Below, one piece after another: positions 44,801 to 52,348 of a DNA stretch of 52,348 nt. The DNA lies in NCBI GenBank assembly GCA_913055895.1, contig CAJXLE010000001.1, positions 1 to 52,348 of the forward strand, in the 5' to 3' direction. Position 1 is the first letter of the stretch. Each line of letters starts with the position of its first letter. The translations under genes were made by a program, and so were the position numbers. Origin of the DNA: an uncultured Bacteroidota bacterium (GTDB lineage: Bacteria > Bacteroidota > Bacteroidia > Bacteroidales > UBA12077). Under the pieces are notes generated by a model that made no database searches, was not told the origin of the DNA, and was given only the letters and a program-made list of their open reading frames with translations.

Positions 44801-46246
44801 ATGAAGAACAAGTTCAACAACCTCACCTCCAAAGAATGGCTTCCCTTTCAGAAATCCTGGTTTCGTTTCATCTCAGATGAAGAGCTTTACACTTCCCATA
44901 TCCGTTTCTTTACAAAACCGCACCAGGACCGGCCCGTTTTTCTTTATCGCGGACCGCAGGGCGAACTGGCAGAAAAGATATGCGTGAAGCAGGATTTGTC
45001 GTTCCTGTCATGGGCGGATTGGATGGATGCTTCAAAGGATGACACGCTTAACGGTCCCACGCAATACGCCATCATCGATTTGCGGGAAGAAATTGATGAA
45101 AACACGACCCTGGACGAATATGAAGCAATCAAACGGGATGTGGTCAGGGAGGCAGAGACCCTTTTTTGCCATATGGAGCATCGGCGTTTCATCACGGTAT
45201 TCATGAGGAATGTTCAGTCAGAAAGATCGTTTTACCCTTATGCATGGGACCTGGCCCAAAACCTGGCCGGCATTTTTTCCATTAAGGATGAAAAAGTTGC
45301 CTGTATGGAGGAGCCGAAAAAAGAGGTGCGAAAAAGCTGGTTTGAGCCTGAAAAGGATGTTTTTTACAGTTTGAATTTTCGGAAGGACGAGCATTCCGGG
45401 GGCACTTTTTCGCATCCGAAGCTCCATTTCTTCAGCAACACCCGGCAACAGGAAACCCGGGAGAATTTCGGGAACGGCATTTCCAAATGGTTCATCTTGC
45501 GGCCCCGGTCCCGGAACAAAAAAGAGATCCTGCATCCTGCCAAGTATCCGGAAAACCTTGTCGAGATGTTCCTTAGGGAATTCACCGGGGCAGGCGACAA
45601 TGTGTTTGACCCGATGAGTGGCACCGGCAGCACCCAGCTGGGCGCACTGAAGATGAACCGCAACGCCTACGGCACCGAGCTAAGCCAGTTTTTCGCAGAT
45701 ATTGCCCGCGAACGGTGTAGTGAATGGATAGCCCCTACGGGCAATAATAACAGCTCCGGCGAAAGCAAACCTGAGTGCAGGATCATGGTGAGGGATGCCC
45801 GGCAGGTAGACACATCCGATGTGCCCGCCATCGATTATGTGCTGACATCGCCTCCTTACTGGGACATGCTGAACATGAAGGGAGCGGAGAACCAGGCCAA
45901 ACGAAAAAAGAAAGGCTTGCAGACCAGTTATTCCGGCGATAAGGAGGACCTTGGAAATATTGCAGATTACAAGGCTTTTGTGGATGAGCTGACAAAGATT
46001 TATCTCAGCATAGCCGGATTGATGAAGCCCGGGGCCTACATGACCATCGTGGTGAAAAACATCAAGAAGAAAGGGCGCAATTATCCTTTTGCCTGGGACC
46101 TGGCGCATGCCCTTCAACAACAGCTGATCTTGCTTCCACCCGTTTTCTGGCTCCAGGATGACATCTCCATTGCTCCCTACGGTTATGGCAACACCTGGGT
46201 GAGCAACACCTTCCACCAGTACTGCCTGACTTTTCAAAAGCCTTAA
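44801..46246 (+). CDS. orphan N6/N4-type (PF01555-like) methyltransferase with an internal duplication
   Basis: The AdoMet module is HPAKYPENLVEMFL...VFDPMSGTGSTQLGA...GTELSQFFADIARERC (aa 245-305). The catalytic motif is TSPPYW (aa 349-354, nt 45845-45862). I take the ATG at 44801 (MKNKFNNLTSKEW). Confidence 0.8.
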   Translation: MKNKFNNLTSKEWLPFQKSWFRFISDEELYTSHIRFFTKPHQDRPVFLYRGPQGELAEKICVKQDLSFLSWADWMDASKDDTLNGPTQYAIIDLREEIDENTTLDEYEAIKRDVVREAETLFCHMEHRRFITVFMRNVQSERSFYPYAWDLAQNLAGIFSIKDEKVACMEEPKKEVRKSWFEPEKDVFYSLNFRKDEHSGGTFSHPKLHFFSNTRQQETRENFGNGISKWFILRPRSRNKKEILHPAKYPENLVEMFLREFTGAGDNVFDPMSGTGSTQLGALKMNRNAYGTELSQFFADIARERCSEWIAPTGNNNSSGESKPECRIMVRDARQVDTSDVPAIDYVLTSPPYWDMLNMKGAENQAKRKKKGLQTSYSGDKEDLGNIADYKAFVDELTKIYLSIAGLMKPGAYMTIVVKNIKKKGRNYPFAWDLAHALQQQLILLPPVFWLQDDISIAPYGYGNTWVSNTFHQYCLTFQKP

Positions 46247-46351
46247 CAAAAGGGTTTGAATTTAGCCGCTCCTGATGCCCTGCGTCCCCAATTTGAATTC
46301 TCCCGGCCGCAGATACCCTCATAACAGGTATGGACTTTTTAAAGATTCCGC

Positions 46352-47146
46352 TTACACCTCACCCCGCTTCAGTTTCTCAAATGGCGAGGTTTGCCTGTTG
46401 CGATATCCGTGCCAGGATATGGCGATCAGCAGGAGGGCGGCTCCCACCAGTGCAGCATAGACAATTTCGGGGTTGAGCGAACCCTGGCGCACGGCTATGG
46501 CAATGAAGGCCCAGACGCCCACCAGGGCGGCTTCGCGCATGTTTCTCGTGTAGATCAGCAGGAGGTAGATCACCGTAGCCACGGCGATCATCACGACGGT
46601 CCAGGCGAGCGGCGACAGGAAGCCGCCCTGCCAGTTGATGCTCACCAGGTACACCGACACATTGGCCACTGTGGCCACAACGATCCAGCCCAGGTAGATG
46701 CAGATGGGCCACCAGACAAAAGCTATGGTGCGCACGGGGGCGTCCCAGGTCTCCAGGCGCAGCCTGAGGGTGAGCATGATCAGTGAAACAAGCAGGATGA
46801 GGATCACCACCACCGAGAGGGCCAGGTATTCATTGAGCCAGACCACAATCCACAGCCCGTTGGCTAGGTTGCCCAGGGCAAACCACAGGCCGGTTTGCTT
46901 CAACGCAGTGTCTTCCCTGTTTTTCAGCCAGGCATACCACTGGTAACCTGCAAACAGAAGGAGCAGCAAATAGATCACCCCCCATATTGCGAAGGCATAG
47001 CCTGCGGGCGTGATCAAGGTATCGTACCGGGCACTGACATCGGCCACGGTTTTGCCGCCGAAAACCCCGCTGCCCGCCAGGCCGTTGAGCACCAGTGCAA
47101 AAGCGAGGGAAAGCGTGTTGATGATCAATAGGTTGATTTGTTTCAT
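46352..47146 (-). CDS. polytopic Trp-rich membrane protein, tentatively TspO/MBR-related
   Basis: 264-aa ORF with about 8 hydrophobic helices. The block ITPAGYAFAIWGVIY and many Trp residues recall TspO-related proteins. The family call is tentative. Confidence 0.6.
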   Translation of the reverse strand: MKQINLLIINTLSLAFALVLNGLAGSGVFGGKTVADVSARYDTLITPAGYAFAIWGVIYLLLLLFAGYQWYAWLKNREDTALKQTGLWFALGNLANGLWIVVWLNEYLALSVVVILILLVSLIMLTLRLRLETWDAPVRTIAFVWWPICIYLGWIVVATVANVSVYLVSINWQGGFLSPLAWTVVMIAVATVIYLLLIYTRNMREAALVGVWAFIAIAVRQGSLNPEIVYAALVGAALLLIAISWHGYRNRQTSPFEKLKRGEV

Positions 47147-47513
47147 TTGATTCTATTTTGTTTTTTTCTTCAGGTTAAGGGCATTCATCCGGTTTCATGT
47201 CCCATCTGTTTGTTTTGCCTTACTAAAGATACAAAATACTGAAAAACCAACATTCTGCTTCCTTCTGTAAACATGTTTAAAGGTAGACAACCGCGGGGTA
47301 AGTTACCTGTGACAAAATAAATATCTGGAAATATTTGTATTTACCCAACCGCAGGCATACGCCACTTGCACAAAAAATATCATTAAAATATCCGCACGAA
47401 CCCTCAGAAAAAACTTCACAGCAAAATCATCGTACAACCCATTTTGAATGCTCATGAAAAGCAGGTATTTTTACTGAACCAAACGTCGTCATTAACTTCA
47501 ATAACCCGCTGAA

Positions 47514-48887
47514 ATGCAAAAACTTATATTGTTTCTTTCTGTCGTCTTGCTGATGGCCTCCTGTGCCTCCAAAAGATATGCCCGCAAGGCGGAGGAATTT
47601 GAAAAAGCAGGATTGTACCAGGATGCAGCTGAATTTTACTACAAGTCGGCTTCCAAAAATGAGAAGAATGTAGATGCCAAGCTTGGATTGCGAAAGAACG
47701 GCCAAAAAGTGCTGGAGGAGAAACTGTCAGCTTTCCAGACGGCCCACAAGAATTCCAACCACGAAGAGGCTGTCCATGCTTTTCAGCAAGCCAGGAATTA
47801 TTATGATAAGGTGAAGGGTGTGGGCGTGGAGCTGTCCATTCCCCAAAGGTATGAGAACTACTACAGGGAATCGAAAAAGATCTATCTTGAAAAGCGTTAT
47901 TCGGAAGGTGTCAATGAACTGGAGCGTGAAAATTACGACAAGTCGCTTGAGATTTTTGAGGAGATCCGCTCCATCGATGATGCTTACAAGGATGTAGAAG
48001 AAAAATTTACAGTGGCCCGTTACCAGCCCCTCTATGAGAAGGGAAACGACCAGCTGGAAAATGGTTTGTTCAGGAGTGCCTACCGCACCTTCGGCCGCGT
48101 TGTAGAAGGAGCAGGCAACTACAAACAGTCGCTCAGCCTGCAGAAGGAAGCCCTCAACAAAGCCACGGTAGATATTCTTATCCCCGGCTTTCGTGCGATG
48201 CATTACAGGAGAAGAAGAAAAAACGATGAAGCGGCGATCACCAATAAGCTGAAGGGTTCCCTGAACAAGCTCGACAACCCCTTCATCAAGCTGATAGATG
48301 CCTCCCATGTTGGGGACGACATCTACCTCAGGGGCAGCCGGGAGATCGATCATAAGGCTGCTTCCCTGGCCGGGGTGGATGCCGTCTTAAAGGGAAAGAT
48401 TCTCAGGCTGAGCAGTGGGGAAGGCGACCTTAAGAAGTCAGACAAGAGGGGGTATGTGAAAGAGGAGGTCAAAAAGAAGAACGACCAGGGGGAGACGGTG
48501 ACGGATTATGAATACTACAAAACAAATTACAAGGAATACAAAAAGGAAAATTATGCTACAGTGGAGATCAGCTACCAGCTGATATCCACGGACAACGGTG
48601 AGATCCTCGTCACCGACCAGTTTCGCCTCAGGGAGACCGACCAGTTGCATTATGCCGATTTTAAGGGCGACGACGACCAGCTGGTGCCCGGCTACTGGGT
48701 CTATAGAAAAAGGGACCACCGCCGGGATGAGGTGAAGGACAGCAACCAGGATGTGCGTGAACTGCAAAAACTACTGGATGCGGAACGGAAGCTGAAGTCG
48801 CCTTCAGAGCTGAAGTCTCACTTGTACGACCAGGCGGTGGAGCGCATCGTGGAAAAGATTGACCAGTACAACCCCGAAAAACTATGA
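47514..48887 (+). CDS. lipoprotein with a helical (TPR-like) N-terminal half and a CsgG/FlgO/LpoB-like C-terminal half
   Basis: The lipobox is VVLLMASC. The C-terminal pattern VDILIPGF ... VDAVLKGKI ... ATVEISYQLISTDNGEILV resembles the small periplasmic lipoprotein fold of CsgG/LpoB-type proteins. This rests on motif-level evidence only. Confidence 0.7.
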   Translation: MQKLILFLSVVLLMASCASKRYARKAEEFEKAGLYQDAAEFYYKSASKNEKNVDAKLGLRKNGQKVLEEKLSAFQTAHKNSNHEEAVHAFQQARNYYDKVKGVGVELSIPQRYENYYRESKKIYLEKRYSEGVNELERENYDKSLEIFEEIRSIDDAYKDVEEKFTVARYQPLYEKGNDQLENGLFRSAYRTFGRVVEGAGNYKQSLSLQKEALNKATVDILIPGFRAMHYRRRRKNDEAAITNKLKGSLNKLDNPFIKLIDASHVGDDIYLRGSREIDHKAASLAGVDAVLKGKILRLSSGEGDLKKSDKRGYVKEEVKKKNDQGETVTDYEYYKTNYKEYKKENYATVEISYQLISTDNGEILVTDQFRLRETDQLHYADFKGDDDQLVPGYWVYRKRDHRRDEVKDSNQDVRELQKLLDAERKLKSPSELKSHLYDQAVERIVEKIDQYNPEKL

Positions 48888-50260
48888 GATACCTCCTGCC
48901 GCTTGTGTTGCTGTTCCTTTTTGGTTGCGCTGCCAGCGAGAAGGCGGAAGATGTGAATCCCGCCCCCCACTGGGTGAAAAACCGTCCCGTGGTGGAGGGC
49001 CATTACATCGGCATTGGAAGTGCCAGGAAGGTGGGGATGAAACATGAGTATGTGGCCGAAGCGCGCAAGAATGCCCTGCAGGATATGGCCTCACAGATCG
49101 CCTCCCGGGTGAGCTCCACCTCGGTTTTGAACACCATTGAAAATTCCTATGGTGTGTCGGAATCGTACTCCGAACGCATCGAGATTGAAAGCGACAGTTA
49201 CCTGGAAGGCTTTGAGCCGGTGGATTACTATCAGTCCCGGGGTCAGTACTGGATCTACTACCGCATCAGCAAGCAGGAATACCGGAGGAATGAGATGGAA
49301 AGAAGGGAAAAGGCCCTGGAATCGGCACTTTCTAAGTACCGCTCGGCCCGGGATGAAGCCGCTTCCAGGCGCCCGATGGAAGCCATAGCTTTTAGCCTTG
49401 AAGGTCTGGAAAAGCTGAAAGGCTTTTTGGGCAAGAACCTGAAGGTAGAAACCAAACAAGACAGCATGGATGTGGGCGGGGAGCTGCTGGGTTTGCTCAG
49501 GGAGATCACATCCGCTCTTTCTCTTTCCCCCGTGGAAAAACAAGTGGAGGTGAAACGAGGCAGCAGCCTTTCGCATCCCCTGAAATTTAGGGTTACATAC
49601 AAAGGCCAGCCTGTTTCTGATGTTCCCGTCACCCTGGATTATTCCGGCGGATACCTGAAATCGAGTCTCAAAAAGACAGATGAAAAGGGCATGGTGTCCG
49701 TCGCACCGGGGAGGTTGACCTCAGGAAGGAAACGGGAGAAGATGGGAGCAGCCATCGATCATGAATCTATTGCCGTCGAGGCGGTATCGGATGTTTTCAT
49801 CCGGAGCATCCTGAAGAATATTGAGCCCGCCGGGGCCGCATCCCATATCCGCATCCAGGCGCCTGTGCTCGCTGTTGAGGTGTCTTCTCTAAAGGACATG
49901 CCGGGATATGACGATAAGGTCCGTGGTTTGTGCCGCCGCAAGGCAGGGCAGTATCACCTGGTACCCACCGACGGTGAGATCGCGGATCAGGATTACGATC
50001 GCGGTCGTGGTCGCGACTATTCCCTGCACATCACCTACAGCTTTCAACCAGGGGAATCGGCAGGCAGTTTGACCTCCGTTTACCTGGGTTCTGAATTGCG
50101 GCTTACCGACTCAAAAGGCAAGCTGGTAGCCCGCAACGAGATCAGCGACATCAAAGGCGTAGGGCACACCGTCAAAGAAGCCCGCGAAAAAGCTTTCCAG
50201 TCATTCCTCACCCGGCTCAAAGGCAGGTCGCTCGACCGGCTCCTGGATGAGCGCTTTTGA
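48884..50260 (+). CDS. lipoprotein with an LPP20-like N-terminal domain
   Basis: The lipobox is LLFLFGC. The block HWVKNRP...GHYIGIGSA...EYVAEARKNALQDMASQIASRVSS fits the LPP20 pattern. Its ATG overlaps the upstream stop (ATGA at 48884-48887). Confidence 0.7.
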   Translation: MRYLLPLVLLFLFGCAASEKAEDVNPAPHWVKNRPVVEGHYIGIGSARKVGMKHEYVAEARKNALQDMASQIASRVSSTSVLNTIENSYGVSESYSERIEIESDSYLEGFEPVDYYQSRGQYWIYYRISKQEYRRNEMERREKALESALSKYRSARDEAASRRPMEAIAFSLEGLEKLKGFLGKNLKVETKQDSMDVGGELLGLLREITSALSLSPVEKQVEVKRGSSLSHPLKFRVTYKGQPVSDVPVTLDYSGGYLKSSLKKTDEKGMVSVAPGRLTSGRKREKMGAAIDHESIAVEAVSDVFIRSILKNIEPAGAASHIRIQAPVLAVEVSSLKDMPGYDDKVRGLCRRKAGQYHLVPTDGEIADQDYDRGRGRDYSLHITYSFQPGESAGSLTSVYLGSELRLTDSKGKLVARNEISDIKGVGHTVKEAREKAFQSFLTRLKGRSLDRLLDERF

Positions 50261-50364
50261 CCTGAAACCGCTCTCATCCAATTATTGCTTTCATCTTTCC
50301 GCAAAAAAATCAATGGGAACTGTGACTTTTCTCAAATCCTTCGTCTTAAAGGACAGTTTGAAAA

Positions 50365-51606
50365 ATGTTCCATCTTATGAAAAGGGATTTGTTTTTATCG
50401 GCGGTCGGACTCATGGTTCTCTTTGTCCTTTTTGGATTTACCTTAACGGGCAATGCCAACCTGTTTAGAATTGATGAGAGTCAGATGATTCCGGCGCCAC
50501 AAAAGGAGGGCCAAGCGGGTTTTGAGTTCAACGACATAACGGAGAAAACCGGGAAGATTCATCAGGGGATGACAGGCTCCACCATCTCCGACCTGGATGC
50601 ATACGTGGACCGGCTATACAGCAGGAGGGGGTTTAATGGAAGCATTGTCATCGGACTGGATGGATACATGGTGTACAAAAGCCATGTGGGCCATGCCAAT
50701 TTGGCTTACAAAACCAAACCCATAGATGACAGAAGCAAATTTCAACTGGCCTCCCTCTCCAAACAATTTACCGCTGCAGCTGTTATGTTACTCCATCAGC
50801 AGGGCAAGCTAGGTTATGATGATCCTGTAACAAAATACATTGGAAACTTTCCGTATAAAAAAGTAACGCTGCGTCATTTGTTGCACCACACCTCCGGGGT
50901 ACCCAATTATATGTGGCTCGCCGAACGCAAATGGAAGCAAAAAACCCCTCCCGACAATGAAGAGATGATCAAAATGATGTACCGGTATGATCTAAAACCC
51001 CATTTTGAACCGGGTGCCCGTTATCGATACAGCAACACCGGGTATATGGTCCTGGTGGGCATTGTTGAACGAATCAGTGGAAAGCCCATCGACGCTTTCC
51101 TGGATGAGCATTTTTTCTCAAAGCTGGGCATGGGCAACACCTATGCACGCAGCTTTTCAGATAATCACATTCACCGGCACCCCAAAGATACCGTTTATCC
51201 GGGTGAATTGTTGGGATACCGATGGTCGGGCGGAAGGTATGTTGCCATTCCGCCTACGGTTAATGACGGAACAGTAGGTGACAAGGGAATTTATTCGACC
51301 GGTGTGGACCTGCTGAAATGGGACCAGGCGCTTGAACAGCATTTTATTCTTGCCGACACAACCCTTCAGGCTGCATATAGAAAAGGTGTCACGGCAACAG
51401 GCGATACCATACCCTATGGTTTTGGTTATCACATACCCAGGAAGAAGAAAAATTTGAAAGCCTACCACAACGGTGTTTGGAACGGTTTTACCAATACATA
51501 CAGGAAATACCACGAGGACTCTTTAACCATCATTTTGTTGAGCAACAGCAGTTTTAAAGGGATTACCCGTACAATCAAAGGCATAAAGGATATTATTGGC
51601 TCATAA
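50365..51606 (+). CDS. serine hydrolase, beta-lactamase/PBP4* (class C-like) family
   Basis: It has the S-x-x-K motif (ASLSKQFTA), the Y-x-N motif (YSNTGY) and an N-terminal signal/anchor. Confidence 0.8.
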   Translation: MFHLMKRDLFLSAVGLMVLFVLFGFTLTGNANLFRIDESQMIPAPQKEGQAGFEFNDITEKTGKIHQGMTGSTISDLDAYVDRLYSRRGFNGSIVIGLDGYMVYKSHVGHANLAYKTKPIDDRSKFQLASLSKQFTAAAVMLLHQQGKLGYDDPVTKYIGNFPYKKVTLRHLLHHTSGVPNYMWLAERKWKQKTPPDNEEMIKMMYRYDLKPHFEPGARYRYSNTGYMVLVGIVERISGKPIDAFLDEHFFSKLGMGNTYARSFSDNHIHRHPKDTVYPGELLGYRWSGGRYVAIPPTVNDGTVGDKGIYSTGVDLLKWDQALEQHFILADTTLQAAYRKGVTATGDTIPYGFGYHIPRKKKNLKAYHNGVWNGFTNTYRKYHEDSLTIILLSNSSFKGITRTIKGIKDIIGS

Positions 51607-51803
51607 AAAAACGCTTGCTCTTTTTGCCGGGTCTTATAGAGACTTTTGTCCATGAGGGTTCGCTTGTGAAAATTTTCAGGAATGTTTGCCTGCTTTTCAT
51701 CGGTTGGGCTGTTGCATTAAGTCAAATAAAACCCTAACTTGTCTAGTTACCAGTTTAATATGAAACATTGTCAAAACATAAGTAAAGTCAAAAAACAACA
51801 TTA

Positions 51804-52348
51804 GTGAACCATTTTACCAAACATTCCGACAAGGAGCTGATTGTTCTGATCACCGAAAAGGGTGAGATAGATGCCTTTGGGGTGCTTTATGACAGGTACA
51901 TCAAAGTAGTCTTTAATAAGGTGTTGTTAACATTCGGGCATTTCCAGGATTCGGAAGATATCACCCACGATATTTTCATGAAGATATTCCTTCGTCTCAA
52001 GACTTTTAAGGGCCATGCAGCTTTTTCATCATGGGTCTATTCCATTGCCAACCATCATATCATCGATGTGATCCGTGCAGCCAAAAACAAGAACAGTTAT
52101 GACCATGAAACAGATGTGGCATCCCTGCCTGAAGAACCAGATGATGAGCAGATCTTGATGATTGATTCATCCCAACTGATGTACATCATGGAACAGCTGG
52201 ATAAAGAGGACAGAATGATCCTGTTATTGAAATACAAAGACGAGATGTCATTAAAAGAGATCATGGAAGTTTTTGAGATCAAAGAAAGCACGGCGAAGAT
52301 GCGTGTTAGTCGTGCAAAGAAGAAAGCCTACACAATATATAAGGAGCA
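51804..52348 (+). CDS. ECF-type RNA polymerase sigma-70 factor (3' end beyond the window)
   Basis: The frame is open from GTG 51804 (in-frame TAA at 51783) to the window end. Region 2 reads FGVLYDRYIKVVFNKV...DITHDIFMKIF...FSSWVYSIANHHIIDVIR. Region 4 reads DRMILLLKYKDEMSLKEIMEVFEIKESTAKMRVSRAKKK. Confidence 0.8.
   Translation, partial: MNHFTKHSDKELIVLITEKGEIDAFGVLYDRYIKVVFNKVLLTFGHFQDSEDITHDIFMKIFLRLKTFKGHAAFSSWVYSIANHHIIDVIRAAKNKNSYDHETDVASLPEEPDDEQILMIDSSQLMYIMEQLDKEDRMILLLKYKDEMSLKEIMEVFEIKESTAKMRVSRAKKKAYTIYKE

Noticed and set aside
44801-46246. Restriction-modification system
   Set aside because: Only the methyltransferase is present. Neither flanking gene has nuclease motifs (PD-(D/E)xK, HNH, GIY-YIG) that I can see, so I call it an orphan enzyme rather than an R-M system.
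1-52348. CRISPR arrays, tRNA/rRNA genes, IS elements, integrases or prophage genes
   Set aside because: I scanned intergenic regions on both strands. I found no regularly spaced repeat-spacer arrays, no cloverleaf-like tRNA sequences, no transposase/integrase-like ORFs and no terminal inverted repeats bracketing a segment.

Overview
This is a 52.3-kb chromosomal window, probably from a Bacteroidota genome. That assignment is an inference from many lipobox lipoproteins, roughly 800-aa stand-alone FtsX/MacB-type permeases, a long 'MGRSQET' cold-shock protein and hairpin terminators. I support about 40 protein-coding genes. I saw no rRNA, tRNA, CRISPR array, transposase or integrase. Region 2.7-14.5 kb is a co-directional glycogen locus: a 1455-aa GH13 + GDE_N/GDE_C fusion, a 94-aa stand-alone CBM48 protein, GT35 alpha-glucan phosphorylase, GT5 glycogen synthase and a eukaryote-type GH13 branching enzyme. 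No glgC is present in the window. Region 14.5-30.4 kb holds a DAACS symporter, three histidine kinases with near-identical H-boxes, polyphosphate glucokinase, an Fe-S/FAD oxidoreductase, an AI-2E transporter, menA overlapping a CPBP protease, a REC/Crp/kinase module and ubiE. Region 30.4-32.6 kb is an AT-rich islet with two small barrel-like ORFs and about 800 nt of mostly non-coding DNA. Region 32.6-41.8 kb has two inverted FtsX paralogs flanking a SAM-methyltransferase, an AraC regulator and a PKD lipoprotein built from 207-aa tandem repeats. Region 41.8-52.3 kb has a long cold-shock protein, a coiled-coil lipoprotein, a thioredoxin-fold protein, an orphan N6/N4-type methyltransferase, a TspO-like membrane protein, a translationally coupled lipoprotein pair, a beta-lactamase-family hydrolase and a partial ECF sigma factor. 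The best leads are the GH13-GDE fusion with the CBM48 mini-protein, the internally duplicated and apparently permuted orphan methyltransferase, the repeat lipoprotein cassette, and the coupled lipoprotein pair. All functional calls come from motif reading by eye; no database search was possible.
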